Positions 19,450 to 30,098 of a stretch of 64,000 nt of DNA are shown here, one piece after another. The DNA is from Bacteroidaceae bacterium (GTDB lineage: Bacteria; Bacteroidota; Bacteroidia; Bacteroidales; Bacteroidaceae): assembly GCA_045592125.1 (NCBI GenBank), contig JAZNUE010000012.1:1137-65136 (forward strand), given 5' to 3'. The translations under genes were made by a program, and so were the position numbers. Numbering within the stretch: the first letter of the stretch is position 1; every line of letters begins with the position of its first letter. The notes under the pieces were generated by a model. That model was not told where the DNA came from. It ran no database searches and saw nothing but the letters and a program-made list of their open reading frames with translations.

Positions 19450-21975
19450 CTATTCCTTTACTTCAAATACCAGCCTGTCGGCATCCGCGTCGGCCGTTAC
19501 AAGAATCCTGTCGCCGGCCTTGAGAGCGCCGTCAAGCAAAAGTGCGGAAATCTCGTCTTCTACATAGTTCTGCAGGGCGCGCTTTAGCGGACGTGCGCCA
19601 TACTGTATGTCGTACCCCTTGCTTGCAAGGAAGTTTTTTGCCTCAGGCGTCAGCTCTATCGTGTAGCCAAGTTCTGTAACCCTCTGCACAATCTGTGCAA
19701 GCTCAAGGTCTACAATGCTCACGATTGCGTCAAGGCCAAGCTGGTCGAAGTTTATGATTTCGTCGACACGGTTAATGAACTCTGGGGCAAAGCGCTTGTT
19801 GAGGGCCTTCTGTATAACTGAGCGCGAGTACTCCTTGCTGCCTGCGCGCTCGTCCTTTGCAAAGCCTATGCCTGCGCCGAAGTCCTTGAGCTCGCGTGTT
19901 CCCACATTCGATGTCATGATGAGCACTGTGTTGCGGAAGTCGACTGTGCGCCCGTAGCTGTCGGTCAGGCGCCCCTCGTCCATAACCTGGAGCAAGAGGT
20001 TGAACACGTCGGTGTGCGCCTTCTCAATCTCGTCAAGCAGGACGATGGAGTAGGGGCGGCGGCGTACACGCTCGGTGAGCTGTCCGCCCTCCTCGTATCC
20101 TACATATCCCGGAGGGGCTCCTACAAGGCGCGACACGGTGAACTTTTCCATGTATTCGCTCATGTCTATGCGTATCAGGGCGTCGGCGCTGCCGAACATG
20201 AACTTTGCCAGTTCCTTTGCCAGCAATGTCTTGCCCACGCCTGTAGGGCCAAGGAACATGAATGTGCCTATAGGCTTGTTGGGGTTCTGTAACCCCACGC
20301 GGCTGCGCTGGATTGCCCTTGTTAGCCTGTCTATGGCATTCTCCTGTGCGATGACCTTGCTGGAGAGTTCCTGCTTCATGCCCTTGAGGCGTGTCCACTC
20401 GTCCTGCTGCATGCGCTGCATTGGCACGCCTGATATCATAGAGACAACCTTGGCAACCTCCTCCTCGTCGACTGTCTGGCGGTTGCCGGCAAGGCTCTTC
20501 TCCCATTCGGCCTTCATCCTTGCCAGCCCGGCCTGCAGCTCCTTCTCGCGGTCGCGGAGATTTGCCGCGCTCTCAAAGTCCTGGCGCTTTACCGCTGTAT
20601 TCTTCTCCTTGCTGGCGATGTCTATGAGCTGTTCCTGCTCCTCAATCTCCTTTGGCACCTTAATGTTGCTAATGTGCATGCGGGCACCGGCCTCGTCCAT
20701 TGCGTCAATTGCCTTGTCGGGGAAGCAGCGGTCGGTGACATACCGGCCGGTGAGGCTTACGCAAGCATGCAGCGCCTCGTCGGTGTATGCTACATTGTGG
20801 TGGCTTTCGTAACGCTCCTTTATGTTCTTGAGAATCTCGTATGTGTCCTCGGGTGATGTGGGCTCAACAATAACCTTCTGGAAACGTCTCTCAAGAGCGC
20901 CGTCCTTCTCTATTGTCTTGCGGTACTCGTCAACTGTGGTGGCGCCTATGCACTGTATCTCGCCGCGTGCAAGTGCCGGCTTGAGTATGTTGGCGGCGTC
21001 CATTGAGCCAGGTGTGGAACCTGCGCCCACAATGGTGTGTATCTCGTCTATGAATACTATTATATTTGGGTTGTTCTCCAGCTCGTTTATGATGGCGCGC
21101 AGGCGCTCCTCGAACTGCCCGCGGTACTTGGTGCCAGCCACAACGGCTGTCATGTCGAGCGCTATTATGCGCTTGTCGAAGAGCATGCGCGATGTCTTTC
21201 GCCCGACAATGCGCTGGGCAAGTCCCTCCACTATTGCGGATTTTCCTACTCCAGGCTCTCCTATTAATATCGGGTTGTTCTTTTTCCTGCGGCTCAGAAT
21301 CTGGGAAATGCGCTCAATTTCCTTTGCGCGGCCCACAACTGGGTCGAGCTTGCCTTCGCTTGCGGCCTTTGTCATGTCCACGCCAAAGCTGTCGAGCGCC
21401 GGGGTGTCGTTTGAAGGCCTGGCCTGCTGCGTTCCTGTTGCATGATGCCCGGTATTTGCGTTGCTGCCAGAGGGGAGCGTCTCTTCGTCGTCATCTTCGT
21501 TGCCAGTATATCCGAAACCGCCCGACACGCTGCTGTTCTTGTCGGGGGTGGTGGACTTTATGGTCTCGAACATTCTGGAATATGTGATATTGTTCTCTTC
21601 GAGTATTTCGGCTGCAAGGTTATTCTTCTCCTTGAGTATGCCCAGGATAAGGTGCTCCGCGTCTGCGACGGCCTTGAAAGCGCGTGCCTCAAGGGTGCAG
21701 AAACGCAGTACCCTTGCTGTGCTGAGGCTCATCTCTACATTCTCGTCATATGCAGTTCCGTCGGGCTGCTTTGCTGCGCGGCTCTCAATCGCGTCCTTGA
21801 GTGACTGCAGGTCAACATTCATGCTGGCCAGTATCTCAAGCGCACTGCCTTTACAGCGACGGATTATGCCCAGGAGAAGGTGCTCCGGGTTTATGGTCCT
21901 GCTGCGCAAGCGGGTTGCCTCCTCCTTGCTGAACGAGAGTATTTCTGTTATTTTCTGTGACAGTTCGTTGCTCAT
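19450..21975 (-). CDS. clpC: ATP-dependent Clp protease ATP-binding subunit ClpC
   Basis: The protein has Clp_N repeats and two AAA+ modules (GEPGVGKSAI; GPTGVGKTLLA). A UVR-like linker (RQDFESAANLRDREKEL) and a ClpP-docking GIGF loop are also present. Confidence 0.9.
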   Translation of the reverse strand: MSNELSQKITEILSFSKEEATRLRSRTINPEHLLLGIIRRCKGSALEILASMNVDLQSLKDAIESRAAKQPDGTAYDENVEMSLSTARVLRFCTLEARAFKAVADAEHLILGILKEKNNLAAEILEENNITYSRMFETIKSTTPDKNSSVSGGFGYTGNEDDDEETLPSGSNANTGHHATGTQQARPSNDTPALDSFGVDMTKAASEGKLDPVVGRAKEIERISQILSRRKKNNPILIGEPGVGKSAIVEGLAQRIVGRKTSRMLFDKRIIALDMTAVVAGTKYRGQFEERLRAIINELENNPNIIVFIDEIHTIVGAGSTPGSMDAANILKPALARGEIQCIGATTVDEYRKTIEKDGALERRFQKVIVEPTSPEDTYEILKNIKERYESHHNVAYTDEALHACVSLTGRYVTDRCFPDKAIDAMDEAGARMHISNIKVPKEIEEQEQLIDIASKEKNTAVKRQDFESAANLRDREKELQAGLARMKAEWEKSLAGNRQTVDEEEVAKVVSMISGVPMQRMQQDEWTRLKGMKQELSSKVIAQENAIDRLTRAIQRSRVGLQNPNKPIGTFMFLGPTGVGKTLLAKELAKFMFGSADALIRIDMSEYMEKFTVSRLVGAPPGYVGYEEGGQLTERVRRRPYSIVLLDEIEKAHTDVFNLLLQVMDEGRLTDSYGRTVDFRNTVLIMTSNVGTRELKDFGAGIGFAKDERAGSKEYSRSVIQKALNKRFAPEFINRVDEIINFDQLGLDAIVSIVDLELAQIVQRVTELGYTIELTPEAKNFLASKGYDIQYGARPLKRALQNYVEDEISALLLDGALKAGDRILVTADADADRLVFEVKE

Positions 21976-22597
21976 CTTTTTTCTCCTCTTTTAATAATAT
22001 ATAGTCTTTTCCTTTGCGTTTGCGAAGATAGTGTATAAATTACTCCTCCTCACGCTCTTTTTACATAATTTTTCTTGCAAAAAGCGTGCCAAACTATTAA
22101 TAATTCAAAAAATAGCCCTATGCGAAGAACAAAATTCTTATTCTTGGCAGGCTCTTGAGTGTTCCTGGCGTCTGTACCAGCAAAACTGCGAATGATAAAT
22201 TTACACTTTTCTTTATATTGTAAATGCTTATGCCTTAACGTGTTGACATATGGTTAACTTTTATTAACAAATTTGTGTGTGGTATTTTACTGCCAGAATG
22301 CTCTATAAGTGTGTAAGATGTTTGAATTATTTGCATAAACCAATAAAGCGCCGTGGGGGATTGGTGTTTTCCTGCTTTTTCTATCCCGCTATCCCCATAG
22401 GGCCGCCTTTCTTTACCTTAGCGTTGGTAACTGGCGGTCCCATGGCGCTTTTTTTATGTAAATGCCAAGAGAAGCAAGAATAAGCTGAATCCTAATACAA
22501 TAAGGATCTTGGCGTTAAACCCTACAGTTTGCATACGGTTTGATAATGAATTAACAACTTTTAGCCCGAGCGAATTGTATTTGTAGTTGTAAAAGTG

Positions 22598-22605
22598 TAT
22601 CTTTG
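22598..22605 (+). promoter_or_regulatory. TAnnTTTG promoter motif upstream of rpoD
   Basis: The sequence tatctttg lies 28 nt upstream of ATG 22633. It overlaps the TTG that begins the listed longer ORF. Confidence 0.45.
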
Positions 22606-22632
22606 CAAATTGAAATTGTATCTTTAGGAAAA

Positions 22633-23493
22633 ATGAGGCAATTAAAAATTACAAAAAGTATCACAAACCGCGAAAGCGCATCGCTTGACAAGTATCTCCA
22701 GGAGATTGGCCGTGAAGAACTCATCACCGTTGAAGAAGAGGTGGAGTTGGCGCAGCGAATCAGGAAGGGAGACCGTCGTGCGTTGGAGAAACTGACAAGG
22801 GCCAATCTGCGTTTTGTCGTTTCGGTAGCAAAGCAGTACCAGAACCAGGGCCTTAGCCTGCCCGACCTCATCAACGAGGGCAATCTTGGTCTCATTAAGG
22901 CTGCCGAGAAGTTTGACGAGACGCGTGGTTTCAAGTTCATCAGTTACGCAGTGTGGTGGATTAGACAATCTATTCTTCAGGCTCTTGCAGAGCAAGCGAG
23001 AATTGTTCGCCTTCCGTTGAACCAGGTGGGTTCGCTTAACAAGATTAGTAAGGCATTCTCTAAATTTGAACAAGAAAATGAGCGTCGTCCCTCTGCCGAA
23101 GAACTTGCCGACCAGCTGGACGTGCCTGTTGACAAGGTGGTTGACTCCTTGAAGTATTCAGGCCGCCACATTTCAGTTGATGCTCCTTTTGTCGATGGCG
23201 AGGACAACAGCCTGCTTGACGTGCTTGTGAACGATGATTCTCCAATGGCCGACAGCCTGCTTGTAAACGAGTCGCTCTCGCGAGAGATTGACCGCGCGCT
23301 GTCAACTCTCACCGATCGTGAGAAGGAGATTATCCAGATGTTCTTTGGCATTGGCATGCAGGAGATGACTCTTGAGGAGATTGGCGACCGTTTTGGCCTG
23401 ACACGCGAGCGCGTGCGACAGATTAAGGAGAAGGCTATCCGCCGTTTGAAGCAGAGCCAGAGAAGCAAGTTGCTTAAGCCTTATCTGGGGTAA
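22633..23493 (+). CDS. rpoD: Primary RNA polymerase sigma factor (Bacteroidetes-type RpoD)
   Basis: The N-terminus is [26 protein letters not shown]. Region 2 ([37 protein letters not shown]) and region 4 ([27 protein letters not shown]) are recognisable. Confidence 0.92.
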   Translation: MRQLKITKSITNRESASLDKYLQEIGREELITVEEEVELAQRIRKGDRRALEKLTRANLRFVVSVAKQYQNQGLSLPDLINEGNLGLIKAAEKFDETRGFKFISYAVWWIRQSILQALAEQARIVRLPLNQVGSLNKISKAFSKFEQENERRPSAEELADQLDVPVDKVVDSLKYSGRHISVDAPFVDGEDNSLLDVLVNDDSPMADSLLVNESLSREIDRALSTLTDREKEIIQMFFGIGMQEMTLEEIGDRFGLTRERVRQIKEKAIRRLKQSQRSKLLKPYLG

Positions 23494-23534
23494 GGCCGCT
23501 GATACCTGATTTTGATTTGAATTTAATGATTTAA

Positions 23535-23562
23535 CGGGTTATGCGCACACGCGCATAGCCCG
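23535..23562 (+). terminator. rpoD terminator hairpin
   Basis: The stem CGGGTTATGCGC-ACAC-GCGCATAGCCCG is followed by TCGCTTTTT. Confidence 0.6.
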
Positions 23563-23669
23563 TCGCTTTTTAGAGAATGTTGGCGGCGAAAGGCGGCAGC
23601 AACGGCAAATGCGCCAGTGCTCTTGCATGTGCTGCCGCCCACGCCTTTAGCTGTTGCCGGCTGCCTGTA

Positions 23670-25091
23670 TTACTTTCCGGTGTGGGTGTATACCGTGCCC
23701 TTAACCTTTACGTTGCTTTCAATGCTGCTCCTTGAGGGCGTAGGGTACTGCAGCTTGTCTAGTTCCTCAACCGCTGCCGCGATGTCTCCAAGCAACTGGT
23801 CGGCCATGTCGCGGCTGAAGCCCTGGCGCACTACTATGCGCATAACGATAGTCTCCTCAAGTGTAGCGGGAAGGGTGTATGCCGGTACCATCCATCCATT
23901 CTGCTTGAGTTTATCCTGCAAGTCGTAAAGTGTCCATTTACATTGCTTTGAATACTCTTTCTTCATCTCCCAGATGAATAGAGGATTCGTAACCTCGGCA
24001 CTATAGTTCTTGAATGGCTTCATCTTGCCAATCTCGCTGTGGAGATACCTGGCAATCTCCATTGAGTTGTTCTGTATTGCCTTGTATCCCTCAAATCCAA
24101 GCCTGATGAACTGGTAGTACTGCCCGAGAATCTGCGCTGCAGGGCGCGAGAAGTTAAGGCCTACCTGCGTTACCTCGGCTCCCAGATAGTTGACACTGAA
24201 TGACATGCTGTCGGGCAGGAACTTCTTGTCTTTCCATACCACCCACCCGAGGCCTGGATAGACAAGGCCGTACTTGTGGCCGCTCGTGCTGATGGACAGC
24301 ACCCACTTGAGCCTGAAGTCCCATTCAACGTCGGGCTGAAGGAATGGCATTATGAAACCTCCTGACGCGGCATCTACATGGATAGGTATGTCATAGCCAG
24401 TCTTCTTGTTGTATTCCTCAAGCGCGTCGTTCAGCGCCTTGACGTCATCGTTAAGTCCAGTCCAGGTTACTCCCATTATGGGTACAATGCAGATGGTGTT
24501 CTCGTCGCACTTGGCTATGGCTTCCTGCGGGCACAGGGTCAGCTTATCGGCAGTAAGCGGTACTGTGCGCATCTCAATCTGCCACAGCTGTGCGAATTTC
24601 TCCCACACAACCTGGTAGGCCGACGAGATTACGAAGTTCGGCTTGTCGTAAGGCTTGCCTTGGGCCATGCGGCGCTTCTTCCAGCGCTGCCACGCTGCCA
24701 CGCCGCCAAGCATGCATGCTTCGCTTGAGCCAATACCAAGCGCCCCGGCCTTCCATTTTGCCTTCTCGGGGGTGTTCCAGAGGTTCGCGATGATGTTGAT
24801 GCACTTGGCGCACATCACTGCAACGCGAGGGTATTCCGTCTCGTCAATGTAGTTCATGGCAATGGCGTCGTTCATCAGCCTGGTGGCATACGGGTCCATG
24901 TATGTGGTTACGAATGTCGCTAGGTTCAGGCGGGGCTGTGTCTGCGCAAATGTCTCGTCCTTTACCATACTGTAGGCAATCTCTGCGGCTGTAGGGTGCT
25001 GCGGGATTGTGTCCGCGGGTGAGCTCTTGAGCATCTCTTCGGACCCGAATACCGGCGTGGTAATGCCGGCCATACAACTTTCCTGTTTCAT
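23670..25091 (-). CDS. gadB: Glutamate decarboxylase (PLP-dependent)
   Basis: SISTSGHKYGLVYPGLGWVVW holds the PLP-Lys motif, the N-terminus looks GAD-like, and the length is ~470 aa. Confidence 0.88.
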   Translation of the reverse strand: MKQESCMAGITTPVFGSEEMLKSSPADTIPQHPTAAEIAYSMVKDETFAQTQPRLNLATFVTTYMDPYATRLMNDAIAMNYIDETEYPRVAVMCAKCINIIANLWNTPEKAKWKAGALGIGSSEACMLGGVAAWQRWKKRRMAQGKPYDKPNFVISSAYQVVWEKFAQLWQIEMRTVPLTADKLTLCPQEAIAKCDENTICIVPIMGVTWTGLNDDVKALNDALEEYNKKTGYDIPIHVDAASGGFIMPFLQPDVEWDFRLKWVLSISTSGHKYGLVYPGLGWVVWKDKKFLPDSMSFSVNYLGAEVTQVGLNFSRPAAQILGQYYQFIRLGFEGYKAIQNNSMEIARYLHSEIGKMKPFKNYSAEVTNPLFIWEMKKEYSKQCKWTLYDLQDKLKQNGWMVPAYTLPATLEETIVMRIVVRQGFSRDMADQLLGDIAAAVEELDKLQYPTPSRSSIESNVKVKGTVYTHTGK

Positions 25092-25262
25092 TTTACTTGA
25101 TTTTTTAATGGTTTATAAAAGGTTGGTATGGAATGGAAACGCTGCAGCGCATGGTAGGGTTCGGGGATTTATGTTTTTTAAGTTCTCTTTTCTCTGCATG
25201 AGCTGCACGGCCAACATTTTCCCCTTTCTGTTTGTTTGCAACCTGTATAAAACGGTAAAAGC

Positions 25263-26447
25263 ATGAAAAGAATTGACACAGGAAAAGGGTATATAACGTT
25301 ATGGGCGTTGCTGGGGATATGGTCGGTGTCGGCCCTGACATCACTGCCAGGACTGGCAATTTCTCCAATATCGGAGAAACTGCTCGATGTCTTTCCCTCG
25401 GCAACCGACCTTGATATCCAGCTGCTCACAACGCTTCCTTCCCTCTTTATTATCCCGTTCATACTGCTGGCGGGCTTTATGAGCGAACGAGTAGGGTATA
25501 TAAGGCTGCTGTACATTGGCTTATCCCTGTTTCTTTTAAGTGGCGCATTATATTTTGTCTGCGCTTCAATGCCCCAGATGATTGCCGTGAGTGTGCTGCT
25601 GGGTGTTGGCGCAGGAGTAATAGTCCCGCTATCAACGGCGCTGGTGTCAAGGTTCTTTGCAGGAGCTGAGCGCACCAGACAGTACGGATACGTCTCGGCA
25701 ATCACTAACATATCCCTGGTGGTGGCAACGGCGGTTGCCGGATGGCTTGCCGATATACAGTGGCGCTTGCCTTTCATTGTCTATCTGCTTCCGCTTGGCT
25801 CCATTCTCCTTGTCCCTGCAATAAGGCGTAGCGATAGTACAGCGGGAAACGTTAGTGACACCAGCCGGCCGGTGACGGGCGGAACAATCAGCTATCGCCC
25901 GCTGTCGGGATATATGCTGTATTATCTGCTTATTACCTACCTGGTTATGGCGTTCAGCATAGACCTTCCTTTCCTTTTGGGCAAGATGGGGTATGACAGC
26001 GCTGTTTCCGGGATAGTACTTTCGCTTTTCTTCTTGGCAATGATGCTGCCTGGGCTTTTCCTGAACCGTATACTGGCTGTGGTGGACGGTTGGGTGCTGC
26101 AAGTGTCGCTAGCGCTTATTCTGCTAGGGCTTGCCGACATTTATATGAACGATTCATTGCCGTTTATCATAATTGGCTGTGCCGCAGCAGGAGTGGGCTA
26201 CGGAATTGCCCAGCCTTATATATACGACACTACGGCCTCGCTTGCAACGGGGCAGAAGGTAACATATGCCCTCGCACTGGTGATGGCAATGAACTATGTG
26301 GCCATTGTGGTGTCGCCGTTCGCAGTGGAGCTGCTGCAGGACATCACAGGAATGAAAGGCGAGAGTTCCGTCTTTTTTATAAACGCGGTAATAGCATTGC
26401 TGGCGCTTATTGCAATTGTGTTGCTTAAACTGTACCGGAAACAATGA
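25263..26447 (+). CDS. MFS transporter
   Basis: 394 aa with about 12 hydrophobic helices and a loop motif of the type GFMSERVGY between TM2 and TM3. Confidence 0.7.
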   Translation: MKRIDTGKGYITLWALLGIWSVSALTSLPGLAISPISEKLLDVFPSATDLDIQLLTTLPSLFIIPFILLAGFMSERVGYIRLLYIGLSLFLLSGALYFVCASMPQMIAVSVLLGVGAGVIVPLSTALVSRFFAGAERTRQYGYVSAITNISLVVATAVAGWLADIQWRLPFIVYLLPLGSILLVPAIRRSDSTAGNVSDTSRPVTGGTISYRPLSGYMLYYLLITYLVMAFSIDLPFLLGKMGYDSAVSGIVLSLFFLAMMLPGLFLNRILAVVDGWVLQVSLALILLGLADIYMNDSLPFIIIGCAAAGVGYGIAQPYIYDTTASLATGQKVTYALALVMAMNYVAIVVSPFAVELLQDITGMKGESSVFFINAVIALLALIAIVLLKLYRKQ

Positions 26448-27355
26448 ACGGTTTTTCAAAAGGATCGCTGGCGTTGCTTTTTGCCCGTACTTTCAGCGGG
26501 CTTAATGTGAATGCCCTAGGCTATTTGCTGCCTGTGTGGATTGCCCCGCTCAGCTGTGTGTCGTTGCGTCTCTCTTTCGGAGCGCTCGTCTTCTGGCTTG
26601 TATCTATCTTCTCAAGGCCCGAGACTGTCCAGTGGAAAGATGCCCTCAGGCTGGTGGCGCTTGGCTCGCTCGGTATCTTTGGATATATGTCTCTCTATGC
26701 GCTAAGCATAAGCTATACAACGCCTGTCAACTTTGCAATCTTCAACGCCATGCAGCCTCTTTGGGTAGTAGTAGTGTCGGCCGTGGTATACCGTGAGAGC
26801 GTCGATTCGCGCAAGCTGCTTGGGCTTGCCGTGGGTTTCGTGGGTGCATTGCTTTGCATTCTGTCCGAACCGTCGGCGGCAGTTGCGAGCAATCCCTTGC
26901 TAGGCAACGTGCTGGCCATTGCTGCCTCAATAATATATGCGGTATACCTTGTCTTCTCGGGCAAGATGGTGGGCCGCCTCTCAAGTGTTACAATACTGCG
27001 CTATACATTTACGTCGGGCGCCGTGGTTTCGCTGGCCGTGACGTGTTTCACAGGTTTCGCTGCCCCTCTGTTCACAGGCAGGCCTCATGCGCTCCCGCTG
27101 CTGGTGCTTGCTTTTGTACTTATCTTCCCGACAGTGGTTACATACTTCCTCATCCCAATCGGGCTCAAGTACCTCAAGAGCACGGTTGTAGCGCTCTATG
27201 GGTATGTTACTCTCATTGTAGCGGCATTCTTCTCATTCCTTTTCGGCATGGACCATTTCCGTCCTATCGTGCTTGTCTCCCTTGCTCTGATAGGAGTAAG
27301 CATTTACCTTGTCGGGGTTGTCGAAGGGCCGCGGGAGAGCGTAAAAGGGCAGTAA
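26444..27355 (+). CDS. DMT superfamily (EamA-like) transporter
   Basis: 303 aa with about 10 TM helices arranged as two similar halves. The start overlaps the MFS gene stop by 4 nt. Confidence 0.65.
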   Translation: MNGFSKGSLALLFARTFSGLNVNALGYLLPVWIAPLSCVSLRLSFGALVFWLVSIFSRPETVQWKDALRLVALGSLGIFGYMSLYALSISYTTPVNFAIFNAMQPLWVVVVSAVVYRESVDSRKLLGLAVGFVGALLCILSEPSAAVASNPLLGNVLAIAASIIYAVYLVFSGKMVGRLSSVTILRYTFTSGAVVSLAVTCFTGFAAPLFTGRPHALPLLVLAFVLIFPTVVTYFLIPIGLKYLKSTVVALYGYVTLIVAAFFSFLFGMDHFRPIVLVSLALIGVSIYLVGVVEGPRESVKGQ

Positions 27356-27424
27356 AGGAGCGAAAATTGTATTGTGGTAACGTTAAATTAATAATATTAT
27401 AATTTATATTTATAGAATATTGAT

Positions 27425-27432
27425 TATTTTTG
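27425..27432 (+). promoter_or_regulatory. TAnnTTTG promoter motif upstream of the M6 protease gene
   Basis: The sequence tatttttg lies 27 nt upstream of the ATG. Confidence 0.4.
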
Positions 27433-27458
27433 CATCTAGATAACTGTTTATAATCAAG

Positions 27459-29960
27459 ATGAGAAAATTTTCATTATTCATATTGCTTTTGCTTGTTGCT
27501 GTGATGACGTTCGCGGCACCGGCACGCAGGAGAGCGGTAAAGGTTACCCAGTCCGACGGAACTGAACTAACAGTAGTGCTTACAGGCGACGAGGCGCTGC
27601 ATTTCTACACAACCCTTGACGGCAAGCCTCTTGTCAAGGAGGCCAATGGCGACTATCATTATGCGACATTCTCTCCCGAAGGGCAGTTTGTATCGGCAAA
27701 GTGCCTTGCTCATGAGCCTGAAGCACGCACGCCTTATGAAATGGAACTGCTGGCATCCGTCGGTTACAGCCAGATGATGGAGAGCATTGGCAATGCCTCA
27801 AAGGCCCGTTCGGCCAAGTTCAGGGCCGCTGCGCAGAAGGCCGGCTCGCAGATAAGGCCAGAGGGTGATGTCAACATAGCAGTGGTGCTTGTGCAGTTCA
27901 AGGATGTCAAGTTCACATACACTAAGGAAGATATTGGCAATGTGCTGAATACCGAGGGGTATAAGCTGGAGAATCCTTTTGCAGAGAGTGTGGGCAGTGC
28001 GCGCGACTATTTCATAGCGCAGTCCGACGGCAAGTTCCGCCCTAACTTCATGGTCACCGATATAATTACCCTTGACAACGATATGTCATACTATGGCGGC
28101 AACGACGCAAATGGCGATGACAAGAAGGCGTCGTATGCGGTCAAGGAGGGTATCATGAAGGCCGACGCAACCTTTGACTTCTCGAAGTGCGACAATAATG
28201 GCGATGGCGAGGTTGAGTTCATTTACTGCATATATGCAGGGTATTCCGAATCGTATGGTGCCGATGATAATACAATTTGGCCTCACCAGTGGGAACTGTC
28301 GGCACAGGCAGGCACGGTAACCGTTGATGGTGTCAAGTGCAACACTTATGCCTGCAGCGGCGAGCTCGTGTACAGCGAGGATTACGAATCGGAAATAGGA
28401 AAGGTACTTGCCGGCATTGGCCTCATCTGCCATGAATTCTCGCACTGCCTCGGCCTTCATGACATCTATGACACAACATACAGCAGCGGTAACTGGGGCA
28501 TGGACTATTGGGACGTGATGGACCAGGGCAACTATGCTGCCGAAGGCTATGTCCCAGTGGGCTACAGTGCCTACCAGAGAGACTTCTGCGGCTGGAGAGA
28601 CCTTGTGGTGCTTGAGGAGAAAGGCGACTACTCCATGAAACCCCTTACCCAGGGCGGTATCGGGTACAAGATTGTAAATGACGCCAATCCCAATGAGTAC
28701 TACATCCTTGAGAACCGTATGCAGGAGGCCTGGGATACCTTTCTTTTCAATAGCGGAATGCTCGTTGTACATGTAGATTACAGCAAGAGTGCTTGGGACA
28801 ACAATACCATAAATACTACAAAGAACCATCCGCGTTATACCCTGATTCCTGCCGACGGCAAACTGGATGTATATGGAGAGGTTTCTACCCAGCAGTTTGT
28901 CGCCAGTCTCAAGGGCGACGTTTGGCCAGGTACGAGCGGGAATACCGAACTTACAGACACATCAATCCCGGCGGCAAAAGTATACACCGGAGGATATATG
29001 AGCAAGCCTGTCAGGGGCATAGAATATGCTAACGGCATAATTTCATTCAATTTCATGGGCGGCATGTTCCCCGATGTGGAAGTCCTCCCGGCAACATCTA
29101 TAACGGCAACTTCCTTTGTTGCTAACTGGAATGCGGTTGAAGGCGCCGAAGCATACAACGTTGAGCTATATAAGGTGACTGCGGCCGGAACGGGCGCTGG
29201 GGATGCCGAGACTCTCCTTAGCGAGGACTTTACAGGCTGCACCAAGACAAATACTGATGTATCGTCAACAATAGGCGAGTGCACTTCTGTTTCTGGCTGG
29301 GATGGAGAGAAGATATACAGCGAGGGCGGTATCCTGCGTATAGGAGCGTCAAGCAGTGCAGGATATGTGACCACTCCTGTGCTTAATGCCGATGGCACTG
29401 TTGAGGTCTCGTTCTCTACGGGGCTCTATAATACCAAAGATACCGGCGTAAGGCTGACTGTTACAGTGATGGATTCCAATGAAGGCGAAGTTGCTGTCAA
29501 GGAGATTGTGCCAGCTGCCGAATTGGCCAGCCACACTATAACAGCCGAGGTCAACGGCTATTTCTATGTAGAGTTCAGTACAGCCGCAAGCAGTGGCAAG
29601 AAGCGTGCTAATATTGATAATGTTGTTATTTCTTCAAGAGGTTCTGTTGCCTCGGAGCTTGTAGCCGAGGCTGTCGTGAATGGTACAGGGCATTTGTTCG
29701 AGAACCTTGAGGCAGGGTACAGCTACCGTTACCGTGTTCAGGCGGTAGACGCATATGGGGTTTCTCCTTTCTCGGCATACCAGGATGTGTCACTTCCTAC
29801 AGGAGTTGAAGAAGTCACAGGCGATGACCCCAACGTTGAAGTGTATACATTGAGCGGCGTTAAGGTATACAGCGGCGCAAAGGATGGCGTTAATGTTGCT
29901 GTACCTGGGATATACCTCCTTAAATCGGGACCCAAAGCGCGCAAGGTGCTAATAAGGTGA
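27459..29960 (+). CDS. Secreted M6-family (immune inhibitor A-like) metalloprotease with FN3-like domain and T9SS C-terminal sorting domain
   Basis: The protein has a signal peptide and the zinc motif CHEFSHCLGLHDIYD. An FN3-like segment (TSFVANWNAVEGAEAYNVELYKV) is present. The C-terminal ~80 aa end in VYTLSGVKVYSG...GIYLLKSG....KVLIR, typical of Por/T9SS CTDs. Confidence 0.8.
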   Translation: MRKFSLFILLLLVAVMTFAAPARRRAVKVTQSDGTELTVVLTGDEALHFYTTLDGKPLVKEANGDYHYATFSPEGQFVSAKCLAHEPEARTPYEMELLASVGYSQMMESIGNASKARSAKFRAAAQKAGSQIRPEGDVNIAVVLVQFKDVKFTYTKEDIGNVLNTEGYKLENPFAESVGSARDYFIAQSDGKFRPNFMVTDIITLDNDMSYYGGNDANGDDKKASYAVKEGIMKADATFDFSKCDNNGDGEVEFIYCIYAGYSESYGADDNTIWPHQWELSAQAGTVTVDGVKCNTYACSGELVYSEDYESEIGKVLAGIGLICHEFSHCLGLHDIYDTTYSSGNWGMDYWDVMDQGNYAAEGYVPVGYSAYQRDFCGWRDLVVLEEKGDYSMKPLTQGGIGYKIVNDANPNEYYILENRMQEAWDTFLFNSGMLVVHVDYSKSAWDNNTINTTKNHPRYTLIPADGKLDVYGEVSTQQFVASLKGDVWPGTSGNTELTDTSIPAAKVYTGGYMSKPVRGIEYANGIISFNFMGGMFPDVEVLPATSITATSFVANWNAVEGAEAYNVELYKVTAAGTGAGDAETLLSEDFTGCTKTNTDVSSTIGECTSVSGWDGEKIYSEGGILRIGASSSAGYVTTPVLNADGTVEVSFSTGLYNTKDTGVRLTVTVMDSNEGEVAVKEIVPAAELASHTITAEVNGYFYVEFSTAASSGKKRANIDNVVISSRGSVASELVAEAVVNGTGHLFENLEAGYSYRYRVQAVDAYGVSPFSAYQDVSLPTGVEEVTGDDPNVEVYTLSGVKVYSGAKDGVNVAVPGIYLLKSGPKARKVLIR

Positions 29961-30066
29961 TTGCAGCGAACCGGCAAGCAAAGGCCTAGGCAGGCCAATA
30001 GGGGCCAGGTTCACGATATGGCTGAACTTATATCAGGCTCAAGCTAAATTATATGCTGGTTTTCAA

Positions 30067-30098
30067 AAAGGAACTGTGTCGGCTGACGCAGTTCCTTT
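30067..30098 (+). terminator. Terminator hairpin after the M6 protease gene
   Basis: The stem is AAAGGAACTG-n12-CAGTTCCTTT. Confidence 0.55.

Noticed and set aside
22277-22483. 68-aa ORF between clpC and rpoD.
   Set aside because: It overlaps the terminator-like RNA structure and has an implausible composition. The region is better explained as structured non-coding sequence.
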